Below are positions 16,006 to 18,863 of a stretch of 18,863 nucleotides of DNA, one piece after another. This DNA is from a bacterium (GTDB lineage: Bacteria > Zhuqueibacterota > Zhuqueibacteria > Oceanimicrobiales > Oceanimicrobiaceae). Numbering within the stretch: the stretch's first letter is position 1; the number at the start of each line of letters is the position of its first letter. Both the position numbers and the translations under genes were made by a program. Location: positions 1 to 18,863 of the forward strand of contig JBHHYI010000082.1 of the NCBI GenBank assembly GCA_046757525.1. The letters are read 5' to 3'. The notes beneath the pieces are model-generated. The model saw only the letters and a program-made list of their open reading frames with translations. It had not been told where the DNA came from and made no database searches.

Positions 16006-17118
16006 ATGAGCAAGAGAGTCAATAATATCGAGTATAGCTTCAAATATAGCCTTACTGGACAGGAAAAGGATGAAATAATTGGCTTCTATACCTCATTGGA
16101 TGAAGTTTCCCTGGAACAATACCCTGACTGGTACCAGGTCTATGGGACTGAGAAGAAGGTTTGTTTTTTTCTGGCGAAAAGGGAAAACAGAGTCGTCTGT
16201 TTCACCCACATCTACGAAAACTTGTTCAAGACAGCCCACATCCATTTTGGGCCGATTTTCCACGATCCGAATATTCTGATCGATTCCGTCAGACAAATCT
16301 ACCGCCACTACAAAGCCAGAGGTTTCACCCACTTGTCCATTCAGCTCGGCATCAAGACCAATTCGACCAGCGAGTATATCGAGTACGTTCTAAACAGAGA
16401 CCTGAAAATCAAGACTTTTTATGATCGGCACAACTGGTCTTCGGTCGTGGTCGACCTATCCCGGGACCTCGAAGAGATTTACAAGAACTTCTCCAGCAAT
16501 CATAAGCGGTCCATCAAGAAAGCCCTGAAATTAGGTGTTCAGGTACGAGAAATCAAGGACCTGTCTACCGTTGAGGAATTGTGCGCAAAATACATAAAAA
16601 TGTACAAACATCGCAAGACCTACCTCGATGAAGCCAGAACCCAAACAACATTTGCCAGGATGTATGATTTTTTCCAAGAGCACAAAGCGGGCCTTTTTCT
16701 GGGTGCCTGGGACAGGGACGAACATCTGGTAGGGGGGCTGGTTTTGCTGCTTCAAGGCCATTCATTTTTCTATTCCAAAGGCGTTGCCGACCCGGATTAC
16801 CGCCACATGCCGGTCACGCATCTGGCTTTTTTCGAAGCCATGAAAATGGCCAAAGCGGCCGGGTTCAGGTATTTCGACTTCGGCGGCTATAATCATTTTG
16901 TGGATGCCAACGATCAAGTCTATGAGATCAACCGCTTTAAAGCCGGCTTTTCTCGCAACTTTGTGTTCTATCCCAAAATCATGCATTTCGACTACCGACC
17001 TTTGCCGTACAAGCTCGTCAAGCTGGCCAGGTCGGCGCGGGATTTTCAACGGAACTGTGTGGCCCACAATGGGCTCAGGGCGTTCTCCCTGAGAAGATTG
17101 TGGCCACAATTTAACTGA
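16006..17118 (+). CDS. FemAB/FemX-like GNAT-fold protein (third, divergent copy)
   Basis: LEQYPDW, HFGPIF, VVDLSRDLEEIYKNFSSNHKRSIKKALKLGV, YFDFGGY and INRFKAGF. The start is ATG 16006 or GTG 15973. Confidence 0.82.
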   Translation: MSKRVNNIEYSFKYSLTGQEKDEIIGFYTSLDEVSLEQYPDWYQVYGTEKKVCFFLAKRENRVVCFTHIYENLFKTAHIHFGPIFHDPNILIDSVRQIYRHYKARGFTHLSIQLGIKTNSTSEYIEYVLNRDLKIKTFYDRHNWSSVVVDLSRDLEEIYKNFSSNHKRSIKKALKLGVQVREIKDLSTVEELCAKYIKMYKHRKTYLDEARTQTTFARMYDFFQEHKAGLFLGAWDRDEHLVGGLVLLLQGHSFFYSKGVADPDYRHMPVTHLAFFEAMKMAKAAGFRYFDFGGYNHFVDANDQVYEINRFKAGFSRNFVFYPKIMHFDYRPLPYKLVKLARSARDFQRNCVAHNGLRAFSLRRLWPQFN

Positions 17119-17129
17119 ACAGTGCCTGC

Positions 17130-18476
17130 ATGTTTGAATTCATTGCTAAACTCTGGCAGCGAAAATTAGTCAAAGACGCCGCAGCCATTTATGTTGGCCG
17201 GGGCATCAATCTGGCGGTCGGCTTGATTTCCACGCTAATCTACGGCATCATTTTCCTGAACCAGCAGATCGCCGTCGTCAGTCTTTTCGACATGGTGGTC
17301 AGCCTGTTTGTATCATTCGGTTTCTCGTGGTCTGCCTTTGGCATTATTCGTTTTGGCAAGGAAGAGTACGAACAGGCCAGGCGCATCAGTCACACCTCGT
17401 CGATCAGACTGAGCGTCATCCTTCCGATTTTGATTTTTGCTACGCTGCTCTTGTTCGTCTTCCGCAAACCGCTGCTTAGCTACATCGGCACCGATGATCC
17501 CAAGATTTTCCTGTTCTTGATTCTGAATGTCCTGCTATTGGTTCTACATGAGCACCTCACCAACATTCTGACGACAGCGGAGAAGCATGTTTGGAACGCA
17601 CTTTTTTACCTGGCCCAAAGCGTCGGCAAACTTGCCATCCTTTTGACCTTTTATTTCGGGCTATTTAGCGTTAGTGCTGAGCTCTACCTCAAAATGAACG
17701 TTCTGTTCCTGGGAGCCCTAATTCTTCTCAGAAGTCCGTCGCTGGAGAAGCGCTTTTTATTTCCGCTAACGCGGGTGAGTAAGGCGGAAATTCTGCGTTT
17801 TGCCAAGTTCGTCGTTCCCCAAATTTACGGTTTCACCGGCCTCTATTTGATCAATTGGGTAGATGTTTATTTCATCAGGAAGTTTTGTAGTATGGATGAT
17901 CTGGGCGCCTACCAATTCTTGTACTCGATCTTCTTGAAATTCAGCTCGTTTGCTTTTTTGTTGAATTCGCTGTTTTTCCCTAAAATCGTGGCGTGGAAAA
18001 ACTCCAATGAAGTTAGGTTCCGACAATATTTGCGCCAGGTCCCGGGTTCTGTGCTGATTGCCACTCTGGTACTCTTTGGCGCATTCGTTGCGGTGTACAA
18101 GCCCCTTTTCGCCGTCTTTTTTGCCGACAAATACGCTGCCGCCTATTCTTCTTTTGACATTCTATTGTGGGCCATTCCCTTCTTTTTCGTGACTTATTTG
18201 TTCGTGCCAGTGCTAAACAGTTATGACCGCGTGGGGTACATTCAGGTGGTGAACATTGCGTCCGCGCTGAGCAATTTAGCGATTGATTTCCTGTTGGTGA
18301 GAAAGTTTGGCATCATCGCCGCGGCCTTTGGTACCTTTGTGGCCTATTTCGTCAAATTCTTTTTCATGATGCTGGCCGTTAACAAAATGTTCAGCGCACG
18401 CTATAAATGGTTAACCGTGGCCAGCATCTCGCTGACCGTGTTCATTGCGGCCTACGTGTTAACAAACATTTTGTGA
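17130..18476 (+). CDS. wzx: Wzx-type oligosaccharide flippase (MOP superfamily)
   Basis: 448 aa with about 12 hydrophobic segments; LVKDAAAIYVGRGIN, VDVYFIRKF, LGAYQ, LFFPKI, NLAIDFLLV and FGIIAAAFGT fit the Wzx pattern. Confidence 0.82.
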   Translation: MFEFIAKLWQRKLVKDAAAIYVGRGINLAVGLISTLIYGIIFLNQQIAVVSLFDMVVSLFVSFGFSWSAFGIIRFGKEEYEQARRISHTSSIRLSVILPILIFATLLLFVFRKPLLSYIGTDDPKIFLFLILNVLLLVLHEHLTNILTTAEKHVWNALFYLAQSVGKLAILLTFYFGLFSVSAELYLKMNVLFLGALILLRSPSLEKRFLFPLTRVSKAEILRFAKFVVPQIYGFTGLYLINWVDVYFIRKFCSMDDLGAYQFLYSIFLKFSSFAFLLNSLFFPKIVAWKNSNEVRFRQYLRQVPGSVLIATLVLFGAFVAVYKPLFAVFFADKYAAAYSSFDILLWAIPFFFVTYLFVPVLNSYDRVGYIQVVNIASALSNLAIDFLLVRKFGIIAAAFGTFVAYFVKFFFMMLAVNKMFSARYKWLTVASISLTVFIAAYVLTNIL

Positions 18477-18572
18477 CTGAAGAGGTGCTGTGCAAGCGAG
18501 AGGTTTGTGTTACGTGGAACGGACGGGGCCAGGGGGCCAACGTTTTTTTCAGGATGGATCGCAGGGGGGCTG

Positions 18573-18683
18573 TTAGGAAACGCTCTGTCGTACGTAACGC
18601 AATCGTCTCGATTGCAAAGGCGTTTCCGACATTTAAAGCAATCCGGTCGCACCGGATTGTGCGAGCTTTTAGGAAACGCTCCT
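18573..18683. repeat. Mosaic of short palindromes delimited by GGAAACGC/GCGTTTCC
   Basis: GGAAACGCTC 18576-18585; hairpin GCAATCG-TCT-CGATTGC 18599-18615; GCGTTTCC 18620-18627; hairpin CAATCCGGT-CGC-ACCGGATTG 18639-18659; GGAAACGCTC 18672-18681. Confidence 0.8.
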
Positions 18684-18724
18684 CTGGAGCAAAATGACAG
18701 TTGTTTTTCTTTGAGCACAAAGGG

Positions 18725-18833
18725 AGTCGTCCTGAGTAGTCCCGACCGCTTTTTGGTCGGGACGTATCGAAGGGCGCAGCCCGTCACCCCTCGATACGGT
18801 CACCTGAACAGCAGTGACCTACTCGGGATGACT
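18725..18833. repeat. REP-doublet-like element able to fold as a four-way junction
   Basis: Outer stem 18725-18739/18819-18833 (two G:T pairs); hairpins 18739-18763 (GTCCCGACC/GGTCGGGAC), 18763-18774/18787-18798 (CGTATCGAAGGG/CCCCTCGATACG) and 18798-18819 (GGTCAC/GTGACC). Confidence 0.85.
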
Positions 18834-18863
18834 TGCAACTTGGCCTTTTGGGAAACGCTCTGT

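Noticed and set aside
18725..18833. Cloverleaf as a tRNA
   Set aside because: No T-loop GTTCRA or D-loop consensus, stems are too long, and there is no CCA end.
18570..18863. GGAAACGCTC repeats as a CRISPR array
   Set aside because: The repeats are only 10-13 bp, spacing is irregular (96 and 179 bp), an inverted copy intervenes, and there are no cas genes.

Overview
A single + strand cluster of 14 co-oriented genes for biosynthesis and decoration of a surface or exo-polysaccharide. It encodes three FemAB/GNAT-fold proteins, an EptA/sulfatase-superfamily membrane transferase, a DUF4184 membrane protein, a D-2-hydroxyacid dehydrogenase, a phosphoenolpyruvate mutase ([10 protein letters not shown] motif), an ATP-grasp ligase, a polysaccharide deacetylase, an AlgD-like NDP-sugar dehydrogenase, a GT4, an alpha/alpha-barrel protein, an AsnB-type amidotransferase and a Wzx-type flippase. 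The most interesting point is the phosphonate module. pepM is present without phosphonopyruvate decarboxylase, aminotransferase or cytidylyltransferase in the window, and is instead flanked by a 2-hydroxyacid dehydrogenase and an ATP-grasp ligase/deacetylase pair. This suggests a phosphonolactate route to a phosphonate-decorated glycan (inference). The larger intergenic regions are mosaics of REP/MITE-like palindromes. Two of these repeat families occur in direct orientation at both ends of the window, and one hairpin has an inverted loop between its copies. No rRNA, tRNA, CRISPR or transposase was seen. Family calls come from motif recognition by eye, not database searches.
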